From NCBI GenBank assembly GCA_965198235.1, contig OZ240248.1, positions 800,001-864,000 of the forward strand: DNA of 64,000 nt. The letters are read 5' to 3'. Each line of letters starts with the position of its first letter. Position 1 is the stretch's first letter. Shown piece after piece: positions 40,762 through 50,531 of this stretch. This stretch comes from Candidatus Poribacteria bacterium (lineage in GTDB: Bacteria > Poribacteria > WGA-4E > WGA-3G). A program made the translations under genes and the position numbers. The notes below the pieces were generated by a model. The model was not told the DNA's origin, ran no database searches, and saw nothing but the letters and a program-made list of their open reading frames with translations.

Positions 40762-40823
40762 AATTTTTTAGAACGTAATCTCCAAAAATATTCAGAATTT
40801 CATTCTACCGAGCAACCAATTAT

Positions 40824-40842
40824 GATAATGAGTCTCAATATC
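40824..40842. promoter_or_regulatory. Fur box
   Basis: GATAATGAGTCTCAATATC just upstream of the porin gene. Confidence 0.75.
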
Positions 40843-40860
40843 GTAATTTAAATTGTGTTT

Positions 40861-42120
40861 ATGAAGAAACAATTGGCTAATTCTATAAAATTTCTCGCGG
40901 TTTGCGGAATGTTTATTTCACTAAGTGTTAATGTTATCGCTGAATTGAATCCATTCTCGGTTTCTGGATACGGGGTGATTAACTACTCCCACTTCGATTG
41001 GGAACTCGACCCAGATAGGCGTGCCGCTATTGATGTGGAACGCTTCGTCATCGCGCCGAAATACCGTATCAATGATACCATCCGACTTGAATCGGAACTT
41101 GAGTTCGAGCATGGCGGCACCGGCAGCACGATGGAATTCGACAAATTTGAAGAGTTCGGCGAATTTGAGACAGAGATCGAAAAAGGCGGCGAAGTTATCG
41201 TCGAAAAACTTGCCGCTGTCTTCTCCTTTCAGCCATCCTTCAACCTCCGTGTTGGGCATATCATAGTCCCAATAGGACTCGTCGCAAAACGGCATCGACC
41301 GCAACACTACTTTACGACAACGCGTCCTGAAACGGAGATACATCTCATTCCAACTATCTGGCACGAAACCGGTATCGAAATTTTTGGAGCACTCGGTCCG
41401 CTGAAGTACCAAGCACAAATTGTCAACGGCTTGGATTCAACGGGTTTTAGTTCCCGACACTGGATCGTTCGCGGGCATCAATTGCGATTTGAAACTGTAA
41501 ACGCTGAGGCACCCGCATTCGTCGGACGACTCGATTATACGTTCCATGAAAACGCGACCGTCGGTATTTCCGGCTACTACGGAGACACCGCAGCGAACCG
41601 ACCAAAACCTGACGTAGACTTCGATGCGCATGTCGGGATTGTGAGTTTTCATGGATTTTATGAAGTAAATGCAGTGAAGGTCCGAGGATTGTTCCTCTGG
41701 GGGGCACTCGAAAATGCTGATCAGTTGTCTAAGGTCAACCGGACCCTCTCCAATAATCTCAATGCAAAGCGAACACCGATAGGAAGTTCAGCCGTAGGTT
41801 GGTACATCGAGGCAGGTTACGATATCCTATCATTTTTCAGGCAACCAAATAACAGTGTGGAACATCGAGATCTAAAGGAAACTCATCCAGATAAGGTCTT
41901 AGATGTCTTCGCCCGTTACGACTTCTACGACACGATGGCGAGTGTTGAAGGTATTATCTTCGATAACCCGCGGTGGGAAAGAACCACGTGGACTTTTGGG
42001 ATTAATTACCACGTCCACCCACAACTCGTTTTCAAGAGCCATTACTCACTGCGGCGGTTAGCAACAATGGACAAAAACAAGGAAAATACCTTTGCACTCG
42101 GCTTCGGTTTTCAATACTAA
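40861..42120 (+). CDS. Outer-membrane beta-barrel/porin associated with imelysin iron uptake
   Basis: Signal peptide, ELEFEHGGTG...E-rich loop, IPTIWHETG, C-terminal GFGFQY. Confidence 0.75.
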   Translation: MKKQLANSIKFLAVCGMFISLSVNVIAELNPFSVSGYGVINYSHFDWELDPDRRAAIDVERFVIAPKYRINDTIRLESELEFEHGGTGSTMEFDKFEEFGEFETEIEKGGEVIVEKLAAVFSFQPSFNLRVGHIIVPIGLVAKRHRPQHYFTTTRPETEIHLIPTIWHETGIEIFGALGPLKYQAQIVNGLDSTGFSSRHWIVRGHQLRFETVNAEAPAFVGRLDYTFHENATVGISGYYGDTAANRPKPDVDFDAHVGIVSFHGFYEVNAVKVRGLFLWGALENADQLSKVNRTLSNNLNAKRTPIGSSAVGWYIEAGYDILSFFRQPNNSVEHRDLKETHPDKVLDVFARYDFYDTMASVEGIIFDNPRWERTTWTFGINYHVHPQLVFKSHYSLRRLATMDKNKENTFALGFGFQY

Positions 42121-42163
42121 TACACGCATCGCGTGTATTCAAAAATAAAAGATGGAGATTTTT

Positions 42164-43255
42164 ATGAAACTCTATAAGATTTGGACACTGTTCTGTTGTC
42201 TACTACTCGCATCTGCTCTTGTTGTCGGGTGTGGGAGTGACGATGAAACAGATGAACCTGGCGATACGCAGGGTGAGGCCTTTGATGCAGGCACGATGCT
42301 CAACGACTTTGCCAATATCGTCGTGTTAGCCACATACACCGAACTGGACAACAAGGCAGGTGATTTGTTAGCAGCAGTCAAGGCACTGAAGGCTGACCCC
42401 TCGCAGGGAAATTTGGAAAAAGCACAACAAGCATGGAAAGCAACCCGAAAACCGTGGGAACAGAGCGAATCGTTCCTGTTCGGTCCCGTCGATACGCAAG
42501 GGCTTGATCCAGCATTAGATAGTTGGCCCGTTGATCACGTTAATCTACAATCTGTTCTGGACAGCGACGATACATTAACGGTGGATTTTGTCGGTGGATT
42601 AGAAGATACACAGAAAGGATTCCACACGATCGAGTTTCTCCTGTTCCGGGATGGCAACCAACGCAAAGCATCAGATATAACCCTACGTGAACTGGCGTAC
42701 CTCGTTTCGACGACAGAGAACCTGAAGGCGAGTACCTCTCAACTACGGTTGGCGTGGGCACCAGAAGGCGAAAACTTTAGTAGCATTGTTGCACAAGCTG
42801 GGGCGGGGAGTGCTGTCTATCCCTCTCAAAGTGCCGCAGTACAAGAGATGGTCAATGGCATGATTGTCATCGCCGATGAAGTTGCGAACGGTAAGATTTC
42901 TGATCCCTACAACGAATCGGACACAACCCTTGTTGAATCTCAGTTCAGTTTCAACTCGATCTCGGATTTCCAAGACAATATCCGCGGAATTCAGAACGTC
43001 TATATGGGAAGGTTCATGAGTGATGGACAAGGGCTCAACGATTTCGTGAACAGCCACGATCCTGATTTAGACGCGCGTTTCCAGCAAGAGGTGCAGGCAG
43101 CGATTGATGCTATCGGGGCAATCCCAGATCCGTTCCGCGATTCGATTACCGCGAACCGCGGTGCCGTCCAAGTTGCGATCGATGCCGTCAGCAAGGTCCA
43201 ACAAACACTCGAACAAGATATACTCCCGCTCGTCCAATCGAGTGAGTTTAATTAA
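42164..43255 (+). CDS. Imelysin (M75/IrpA-like) iron-regulated lipoprotein
   Basis: Lipobox VVGC; WEQSESFLFGP, DSWP, KGFHTIEFLL (HxxE), EVANGKI. Confidence 0.9.
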   Translation: MKLYKIWTLFCCLLLASALVVGCGSDDETDEPGDTQGEAFDAGTMLNDFANIVVLATYTELDNKAGDLLAAVKALKADPSQGNLEKAQQAWKATRKPWEQSESFLFGPVDTQGLDPALDSWPVDHVNLQSVLDSDDTLTVDFVGGLEDTQKGFHTIEFLLFRDGNQRKASDITLRELAYLVSTTENLKASTSQLRLAWAPEGENFSSIVAQAGAGSAVYPSQSAAVQEMVNGMIVIADEVANGKISDPYNESDTTLVESQFSFNSISDFQDNIRGIQNVYMGRFMSDGQGLNDFVNSHDPDLDARFQQEVQAAIDAIGAIPDPFRDSITANRGAVQVAIDAVSKVQQTLEQDILPLVQSSEFN

Positions 43256-43392
43256 TATATTTTGTGAAAAGTTTTAATTCGGAAATATGTAAACACGAAA
43301 GGGAAACCATTTCGTCTTTGCAGGGAACAGCCACTCGTGCTGTTCCCTTACTATAAATCTATAGTCCTATTGTGACTTGAATAGCGAAAGAG

Positions 43393-44793
43393 ATGAAACA
43401 TTTTCAGAGTTTATTCTATTTAATTCTCTTGGTGTCAATTCTGCTGAGTGCGTGTGATTCCGAGTCCCCCGTGGCTGTAGAATCGACACCGGTATTTTCA
43501 ACAAGCGAGCTTTCCGGCGGTGAGACGACTGTCTTTGACGCGTCAAGCCACGCGTTCTCAATCCCCGCGCCTAATCTTTCGACATCAGCACTTGAGAAGC
43601 ATCTGGAAGGTGATGTTGAATTTGAAGCCGTCTTTGTGACAGCACCTGCGGTGGTAAACCCCGGACTCGGACCCATCTATAACAACATTTCGTGTATCAA
43701 CTGCCATTCACGTGATGGTCGCGGGCGACCGCCGGATGTTGACGAGGGACTTGTGTCTCTGCTCTTCAGGCTCAGTCTGCCGAAGACGGAGGATGCAATG
43801 GACGGAAAGCCACCGACCCCGGTACCTGGCTTTGGTACACAACTTAACAATCGCGCCATTGTGAACACAGACCCGGAAGGCAAAGTCAAGATTGACTATA
43901 CCGAGCAGACGCTGACGATAGCGGACGGCACGCGTGTGCATCTGCGCCATCCGAACTACACTCTTACGGAAACCTACCAGTCGATACCAGAAAACGTTGA
44001 AGTATCCCCACGCGTCGCGCCAGCCGTTTTTGGACTCGGTTTGTTGGAAGCGATCCCTGAAAACGCTATCCTTGCTTATGCAGATGAAACCGATATTGAT
44101 AGGGACGGCATCTCAGGCAAACCGAATTACGTATGGGATGTCGCAGCACAGCACTATACGCTGGGACGCTTCGGATGGAAAGCAAATCAACCGACACTCC
44201 GCCAGCAGGTTGCAGCGGCTTATCACGACGATATGGGCATAACAACTTTGTTGTTCACAGTTGAGAACTCAGCGGGACAATCACAACTCACGGAACACAG
44301 TGTAACACCGGAGGTGAGTGACGAGATTTTAGAGGTGGTGACGTTCTATGTTCAGACGTTGGCGGTGCCAGCGCGACGCGACATAGACGATCCGCAGGTC
44401 AAACAGGGTGAACAACTTTTTGCCGAAGCGCAGTGTGCCAGTTGTCATATTCCGACGTTAAGAACCGGTGTTTTAGCCGGTGTGCCTTCAGTCAGCAACC
44501 AAACGACCCACCCGTACACAGATCTGTTGTTGCACGACATGGGTCCCGATTTAGCGGACAATCGTCCCGATTTCCACGCCAGCGGTCGCGAATGGCGGAC
44601 CCCACCCTTGTGGGGTATCGGTTTGGTGAGAAGAGTTAACGGTCATACCAACTTCCTCCATGACGGCAGGGCGCGGGACTTAATGGAAGCGATCCTCTGG
44701 CATGGCGGGGAAGCAGAAGCATCACGGCAAGCCGTTGAACAGATGTCAAAAGCAGAACGCGATGCACTCATTGCGTTTTTAGAATCATTATAG
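43393..44793 (+). CDS. Di-heme oxidoreductase family lipoprotein (DHOR/DUF1111)
   Basis: Lipobox LSAC; GLGPIYN..SCINCH, GRFGWKA, CASCH, YTDLLLHDMG, EWRTPPLWG, LHDGRAR. Confidence 0.9.
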   Translation: MKHFQSLFYLILLVSILLSACDSESPVAVESTPVFSTSELSGGETTVFDASSHAFSIPAPNLSTSALEKHLEGDVEFEAVFVTAPAVVNPGLGPIYNNISCINCHSRDGRGRPPDVDEGLVSLLFRLSLPKTEDAMDGKPPTPVPGFGTQLNNRAIVNTDPEGKVKIDYTEQTLTIADGTRVHLRHPNYTLTETYQSIPENVEVSPRVAPAVFGLGLLEAIPENAILAYADETDIDRDGISGKPNYVWDVAAQHYTLGRFGWKANQPTLRQQVAAAYHDDMGITTLLFTVENSAGQSQLTEHSVTPEVSDEILEVVTFYVQTLAVPARRDIDDPQVKQGEQLFAEAQCASCHIPTLRTGVLAGVPSVSNQTTHPYTDLLLHDMGPDLADNRPDFHASGREWRTPPLWGIGLVRRVNGHTNFLHDGRARDLMEAILWHGGEAEASRQAVEQMSKAERDALIAFLESL

Positions 44794-44897
44794 GAGTAAG
44801 TCGTATAATAACCGTTGGGTGGATTCCTACATCCATGTCTTACGGCATGTTGAATCAAGTTGGCGGGAAACAGGATACCCCGCCTTACCATGAATTT

Positions 44898-44916
44898 GAT
44901 AATGAGTTTCATTCTC
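44898..44916. promoter_or_regulatory. Fur box
   Basis: GATAATGAGTTTCATTCTC within TTGATAAT...ATTCTCAA, adjacent to the RBS of the ABM gene. Confidence 0.8.
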
Positions 44917-44932
44917 AATAAGGAGAACCTTT

Positions 44933-45289
44933 ATGATAACTGTTGCGAACCGAATCTATGTCACACCTGAATATCAGGACGAATTTGAGGAGCGATTCCG
45001 AAACCGGGCTCGTCTCGTTGATGGAATGCCGGGGTTTATCTCCAACCAGGTCCTGCGTCCTATCAATGACGGCGACCCGTACATTGTTTTCACACTCTGG
45101 GAATCTCGAAAGGATTTTGAAAACTGGGTAGAGTCCGAGGAATTCCGTAAAGGACACTCCCAATCCGGCACCTTGCCAAAAGAGGCGTTCCCGCAATCAA
45201 ACAAACTCGAACTTCATGAGGTGTTCCTTGATTCCACTCAACCTGAGCTGAAGGAGGAACCCCGCGGAGGTCCATTCAAGGTTCACTAA
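44933..45289 (+). CDS. ABM-family monooxygenase, IsdG/HmoA-like heme-degrading candidate
   Basis: MITVANRI (conserved Asn), FEERFRNR, MPGF, WES..F..W..S.EFRKGH. Confidence 0.85.
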   Translation: MITVANRIYVTPEYQDEFEERFRNRARLVDGMPGFISNQVLRPINDGDPYIVFTLWESRKDFENWVESEEFRKGHSQSGTLPKEAFPQSNKLELHEVFLDSTQPELKEEPRGGPFKVH

Positions 45290-45527
45290 AGAAAATAATA
45301 GCAGAAAAAGCGACGCAAGAAACAGGACATGCTCCCAACTGCCAATTGTTAGCTACCGTCCATGTTTCTAAGGAAAATCAACACATGCCGATTGAAAATC
45401 GACAGCATTTCGCGTACCGCGGACCTTTCGCGCTTTTTTAAGAGCGCGTTTCGTGCCCGATGCCTTTTCTGCCTTAATTAGAATACGCCATTAGCACTGG
45501 AACTGTCAAGAGAATTCGGAGGTCAAT

Positions 45528-46244
45528 ATGCCAACAAATCCTACAAATTCAGCACCAGTAAAAAAAACTGTGAATAACCTGGAAAGACAGCGTCGACGTT
45601 CGCCATATTCCTTTCTACCCCTGGCATGGAGCAGAGGCGCGTTTCTCAAATGGCTTAGACGAACACACGCGTGGCTTGGGTTATGGGGGGCGACTTTGGG
45701 CATCCTGTTCGGTGTCACCGGTATCCTACTCAATCACCGAGGAACTCTGAAAATTAACGCCGCCAAAACCGATCAGACAAAACGGGAACTTTCACTGCCG
45801 GATTATAAATTTGAAAATGTCGAGGCGTTCGCAGCATGGCTGCAAATAGAACTTGAGCTCGATAAAAAATGGAACCGTGCGCGCTCACAGGAACCCCGAG
45901 AAATTAGTTGGGGTGGAAAATCCGTCACGCAACCCGAAAGATGGAGCGTCCGTTTTAGCAACCCAAAACGGAGTTACAGCGCAGAATACTGGGTCGGCAA
46001 CGCTTATACCACTGTCAGGCAGTTTGATAGAAATATATTTGCCTTTCTCAATCGGTTGCACATGGGGAGTGGCATGGGTGTTGCATGGATTCTCCTCGCT
46101 GATACGATTGCCGGCAGTCTAATTATCCTTGCCCTCAGCGGTGTCCTGCTCTGGACGCGTTTACATGGAGCGCGGCTGCTCGCTGCGGGGCTTGGGCTCG
46201 GATCGCTAACCCTTGCCATCTTCTTTGTTTGGCGAGTCTTTTAA
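45528..46244 (+). CDS. PepSY-associated TM helix protein
   Basis: WLRRTHAWLGLW...TGILLNH, LNRLHMG, LSGVLLW. Confidence 0.85.
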   Translation: MPTNPTNSAPVKKTVNNLERQRRRSPYSFLPLAWSRGAFLKWLRRTHAWLGLWGATLGILFGVTGILLNHRGTLKINAAKTDQTKRELSLPDYKFENVEAFAAWLQIELELDKKWNRARSQEPREISWGGKSVTQPERWSVRFSNPKRSYSAEYWVGNAYTTVRQFDRNIFAFLNRLHMGSGMGVAWILLADTIAGSLIILALSGVLLWTRLHGARLLAAGLGLGSLTLAIFFVWRVF

Positions 46245-46259
46245 CGTATTCAAGAGGGT

Positions 46260-47198
46260 ATGATTATGCTTTCAAACAGAACAGTTAATTCTCGCAGCGC
46301 AAACACTACTTTCAAATGGCTTTTACGGATACTGCTGAACCTTGTGTTAGGACTGCTTCTATTCGCAATATTGAGTTCAGCAGAAAGTACGGATGATACT
46401 CGTGAAACCGACGGTGCCGTGGAGTTAGAGCCGGTCGTGGTAACGGCAACAAGGACACTCCAACGCCTAAAAGACACACCGGTTATTACAAATCTTATTA
46501 CACGCGCGGAGATCGAAGCAACGGGGGCGGAGAATATCGGAGAGGTGTTAGAGCACACGGCAGGCATCATTATCCATCGCGATGGACACGGCGACGGTGT
46601 GCAACTTCAAGGGCTTGACTCCGAATATGTACTGATTCTCGTGGATGGCGAACCGCAGGTTGGACGCATCGCGGGCAAACTCGACATGGCTCGGCTTGCT
46701 GTCGAAAACGTCGAGCGGATAGAAATCGTCAAAGGCGCGACCGCCTCTCTTTTTGGAAACGCTGCGCTCGGCGGCGTTATTAACATCATTACCCGCAAAG
46801 CAACAACTCCCCTTTCGGTGCAGGTTTCCCAAAATCTTGAGCAAAACAGTACCCTCGACAGTCGAGCCACGCTTGAATTTCAACGCGATAAACTAAACAC
46901 ACTTTTGACACTCAGCCATAATCGTCGAAGTCCAATTGATTTGGATACGTCCGATCTCACAACTACAATCGACGGCTATGCCAACGTGACAGGTTCCGCA
47001 CGGACCGAATACCAACTCACACCAACGACTAATCTGGTGCTCTCTGGACAATACTTTACACAAGACCAGGAGGGAATTAGCGAAAACGGTCCTGTGGCAT
47101 TTGACAGGCTCGGTGCTATCGAAAACTTCAGTGGAAGTGTGGGTGTAGAACACGAATTCGGAGCAGGAAACCTACAGAACGTGTCTCCCACTTTACTA
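46260..47198 (+). pseudogene. TonB-dependent receptor truncated by an IS5 element
   Basis: TonB box VVVTATR and plug motifs LILVDGEP...VERIEIVKG...GGVINIITR. The barrel stops after ~310 aa at the IS end, and the remainder is not found beyond the IS. Confidence 0.9.
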
Positions 47199-48066
47199 GG
47201 TAGTGTTTACATTTTTTTAGTAGTGATAAGTAGAGCTGCGAAATAGACGAAACCGAGGTATCGCCCGGCATATTTATCGTATCGCGTGGCACCTCGACGA
47301 TATTGTTTCAAGCGATGAAAAAAACGTTCGATGACATTGCGAAGTTTATACACATCTGTATCATAAGCAATATCTTCAAGACGACGCTTGCGGGGCCGGA
47401 TAACCGCCTCTGCCGCCTGGTCAGTTATCTCGGCACGAAACGCATCCGAGTCATAGGCAGCGTCAGCGATAACGTATTGACACGAGTAGCCGGCAATCAA
47501 CACGGGACCTTGTGTGATGTCATGGCGTTGTCCTGCTGTCAAAGTAAAACGCAACGGCAGAAAGTCGGCACTCACCGCCGCATGGCGTTTCGTCGTAAAG
47601 CCACCCGGACACCGGCCAAGCGCTTCATTGACTTGACCTCCGTTTTTTTTTCGGGGCACCCGCAGCAGACGAATGTGCCCCCACGATCGTCGAATCTACA
47701 AGGACTGCGGAGACTTCACCCGCATCATGGAAATGTTCATGGAGTTTTTCAAAGACTCCCGCATCGCACCAGCGACCAAAACGTCTATAGATGCTATTCC
47801 AATATCCATAAACTTTCGGCAGGGCCCGCCACGTGGCTCCCTCTGTGGCTATCCAGACGACTGCTGAGAGAAAACGTCTACAGTCTTCAGGATTACCAAC
47901 ATAGACGGTGGGCAACGTTTTCAGAAACGGGTGGAGGCTGTTCCACGCAGCATCAGAAATCATCACTGGAAACTCTTGAGGCGTATTTATAGTTCTTGGT
48001 TTCATGCAAAACAGGCTACCAAAAACTGATCAAAATGTCAATAACTTACACAATGTAAACACTACC
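47199..48066 (-). mobile_element. IS5 family (IS427-like) insertion sequence, 868 bp
   Basis: 15-bp TIRs GGTAGTGTTTACATT/AATGTAAACACTACC flanked by TA. orfA 47625-48005 (GATWRALP..YG.W..IY.RF.RW) and orfB 47207-47659 (IADAAYD, YKLRNVIERFF.RLK) overlap at an A-run frameshift site. Confidence 0.92.
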
Positions 48067-49241
48067 TACTCTGTCCTCAGCCTCGGATCTAAGGCATCGC
48101 GGACGGCATCGCCGAAGAGGTTCGCAGGCAGCACCAATCCGAACATAAACGCAAAGGCTGCGGCGAGATTCCACCAAACAATCGGGTCGCGAGCGAGTTC
48201 TAAACGTGCCGTATTAATCATATTTCCCCAACTTCCGGTTGTCGGCTCAACGCCGATTTGGAGGTAGCTGAGCAACGCTTCTGCCAGCACCAATCCACTA
48301 AATCGCAAGATAGTAGATATCAACACGATATGCATGAGGTTCGGAACGAGATGCTTGAGAATAATGAGTCCACGATGCACGCCAAAGGCTTCGGAGGCTT
48401 GGATGTACTCCAATTCCCGGAGTTTCAAGGTTTCACCGCGTAGGATACGACACAACCCCGTCCAACTTCTGATACCCATGATGAGGCAGAGATTGAATAA
48501 CCCCTGTCCAAAGAGGAGCATGAAGGCAACAATAAGAAGGATAGACGGAATAGAATCGAGCGTGGCGTAGATGTACTGAACGGCATCGTCTATCCAACCA
48601 CCAAAGTAACCCGATATAACACCGAAAAATATGGCGAATGGGACAGCAATCAAGGTGGTAAATCCACCGATAATGAGTCCGGTACGGATACCTTTCAGGG
48701 CACGGTAAAGAACATCACTACCCACCTTGTCGGTGCCAAGGAGATGGCTACGGGGATACTGAAGCGGTGGATTGTCACGAACCGTGCGTCCGTCAGGGGT
48801 CTGGAGGGTGCTTTTCGCATACAGATGCGTTGCCAAAGGAGCAGAATAGGTTTTCTCGGTTCGTTCCCGAAGCGGTGTGCAAAGCCTATCAAGGAGGCTC
48901 AAACCTCTCGGTCTATAGACAATCGCACCACTCTCATTTCGAGTGAGTGTTTGGTCAGTTTGCCGTATGAGTGGGTCGCGCCAACCGACGCTATCCAACA
49001 CACCGACAAGGAGGTAACCTAAGAGAACGAAAAGACAAACAATAGCGAGGTGGTTTCTGCGAATCTGCCTTGCCGCGTTTCGCCAATACTCTTGCTGCGA
49101 GGCGTATCGGAGGAGCCACCCCGCACCGACAAGACATGCAATGACGATGAGATTCTGATAGGCATCGGAACGCCAAACCCAACTAAACCGATCATCGATT
49201 CCAATGTCTGGGGCGTTTGTCCCGATGAGAAAAATAGGCAT
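48066..49241 (-). CDS. Peptide/nickel ABC transporter permease (OppC/DppC type)
   Basis: HLLGTDKVGSD, GYFGGWID, EYIQASEAFG, LFGDAVRDALDPR. Confidence 0.92.
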   Translation of the reverse strand: MPIFLIGTNAPDIGIDDRFSWVWRSDAYQNLIVIACLVGAGWLLRYASQQEYWRNAARQIRRNHLAIVCLFVLLGYLLVGVLDSVGWRDPLIRQTDQTLTRNESGAIVYRPRGLSLLDRLCTPLRERTEKTYSAPLATHLYAKSTLQTPDGRTVRDNPPLQYPRSHLLGTDKVGSDVLYRALKGIRTGLIIGGFTTLIAVPFAIFFGVISGYFGGWIDDAVQYIYATLDSIPSILLIVAFMLLFGQGLFNLCLIMGIRSWTGLCRILRGETLKLRELEYIQASEAFGVHRGLIILKHLVPNLMHIVLISTILRFSGLVLAEALLSYLQIGVEPTTGSWGNMINTARLELARDPIVWWNLAAAFAFMFGLVLPANLFGDAVRDALDPRLRTE

Positions 49242-49245
49242 TTTG

Positions 49246-49390
49246 ATAGTTATTGGTTGTCAGTAGTCAGTAATTGTCGGTTGTCGGTGCTTTCGGTAAG
49301 CGTCTACATATTTTCAAACTTCACTATAGTTTCCAGCATCCAGTTAAAGAGGGATTTGACATCATCAGTTATCTCTCTTAACTGATAACT
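49246..49390. repeat. Heptamer-rich repeat plus hairpin (family B)
   Basis: ggttgtcagtagtcagtaattgtcggttgtcgg...cagttaaagagg...ctctcttaactgataac. Confidence 0.55.
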
Positions 49391-50531
49391 ACTCTGTTCG
49401 ATAAACGGCTTCGCGTGTGTGAAACCCATCTTTAATGACCTCTTCGTCCAGATTTTCCTGGTCAACTTGGATAGGTGTCAGCAAGATCGATGGCACGTCA
49501 ATTTTGCCATTGTCAACGGTCTGTGTAGCTTCAGCGATCGCTTCACCTTTTGCGAGTGCGACAGCGGCTTGTGCCGCCTTCGTTGCGATGAGGTGGATCG
49601 GTTTATAAACCGTCATGGTCTGTGTGCCTTTGACAATCCGTTGGCACGCGGCGAGTTCCGCATCCTGCCCCGAAACAAGGACACTTCCTGCTAAATTCTG
49701 TCCCTCAAGTGCCTGTATAACGCCACCAGCTGTGCCATCATTTGACGCAACGACAGCGTCTATTTGGTTGTTCGTCTGTGTCAAGACCTGTTCCGCCTTC
49801 TTGAGTGCGTCACGCGGATCCCAATTAACCGCCCAATGTTCTCCCCCTGCCACTAAACGAATGGCACCACTGTCAATTGCGGGCTGCAAGGCACGGAGTT
49901 GTCCCTGTCGGAGGAGTTGTGCGTTATTGTCAGTTGGGGCACCACCGAGTAGGAAGTAGGCACCCTCTGGCTTCTGACGCAGTAGGTATTCGGCTTGCAG
50001 ATATCCAACCTGTTCGTTGTCGAAAGAGATATAGAGATCCGGTGAACTCTCGCGGATGAGTCGATCATAGGCGATGACTTTGATTCCCTCTGCGTGCGCG
50101 GCTTGGACAATTTGGGCGGCAGCAATGCTATCCTTTGGAATAACAACGAGAACGTCCACACCTTGGGTAATCATATTCTCTGCTTGCTCGTTCTGTCGAC
50201 GTTCATTTCCATCAGCAGACTGGACGATAACTTCGGCACCGAGTTTCTCTGCTTCAGCCGTGAAAATATCTCGGTCCTTCTGCCACCGTTCCACACGCAA
50301 TGAATCCATAGACAATCCGATTTTGATTTTCTTGGTGGCAGTAGCATCCGCCTTTTCAGTTTTCTTTTCTGCGTCCGGGTCAGCACATCCAAAAAGCATC
50401 ACGAGACACACTGTTAAAACGCAGAAAATCGATGTAACTTTCACACAAATCCTGTTTTTGGTAGCACTTGGAAACCAAAAGTTACCCTTAAAAGTCGGAA
50501 GGCGCATCATATCACTCCTTTTGAGATTCAT
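49389..50531 (-). CDS. xylF: D-xylose-type sugar ABC transporter substrate-binding lipoprotein
   Basis: ERWQKDRD, AYDRLI, GAPTDNNA, SNDGTAGG, SGQDA, QTMTVYKPI; lipobox LFGC. True start may lie downstream. Confidence 0.8.
   Translation of the reverse strand: MNLKRSDMMRLPTFKGNFWFPSATKNRICVKVTSIFCVLTVCLVMLFGCADPDAEKKTEKADATATKKIKIGLSMDSLRVERWQKDRDIFTAEAEKLGAEVIVQSADGNERRQNEQAENMITQGVDVLVVIPKDSIAAAQIVQAAHAEGIKVIAYDRLIRESSPDLYISFDNEQVGYLQAEYLLRQKPEGAYFLLGGAPTDNNAQLLRQGQLRALQPAIDSGAIRLVAGGEHWAVNWDPRDALKKAEQVLTQTNNQIDAVVASNDGTAGGVIQALEGQNLAGSVLVSGQDAELAACQRIVKGTQTMTVYKPIHLIATKAAQAAVALAKGEAIAEATQTVDNGKIDVPSILLTPIQVDQENLDEEVIKDGFHTREAVYRTE

Noticed and set aside
44795-44890. Short REP-like palindromes (also ~15370, ~29270, ~37420)
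   Set aside because: Too short and dissimilar to one another to define a family from this window alone.
47625-47659. IS orfA/orfB split as an inactivating mutation
   Set aside because: The overlap at an A-run is the normal programmed frameshift arrangement of IS427-group elements.
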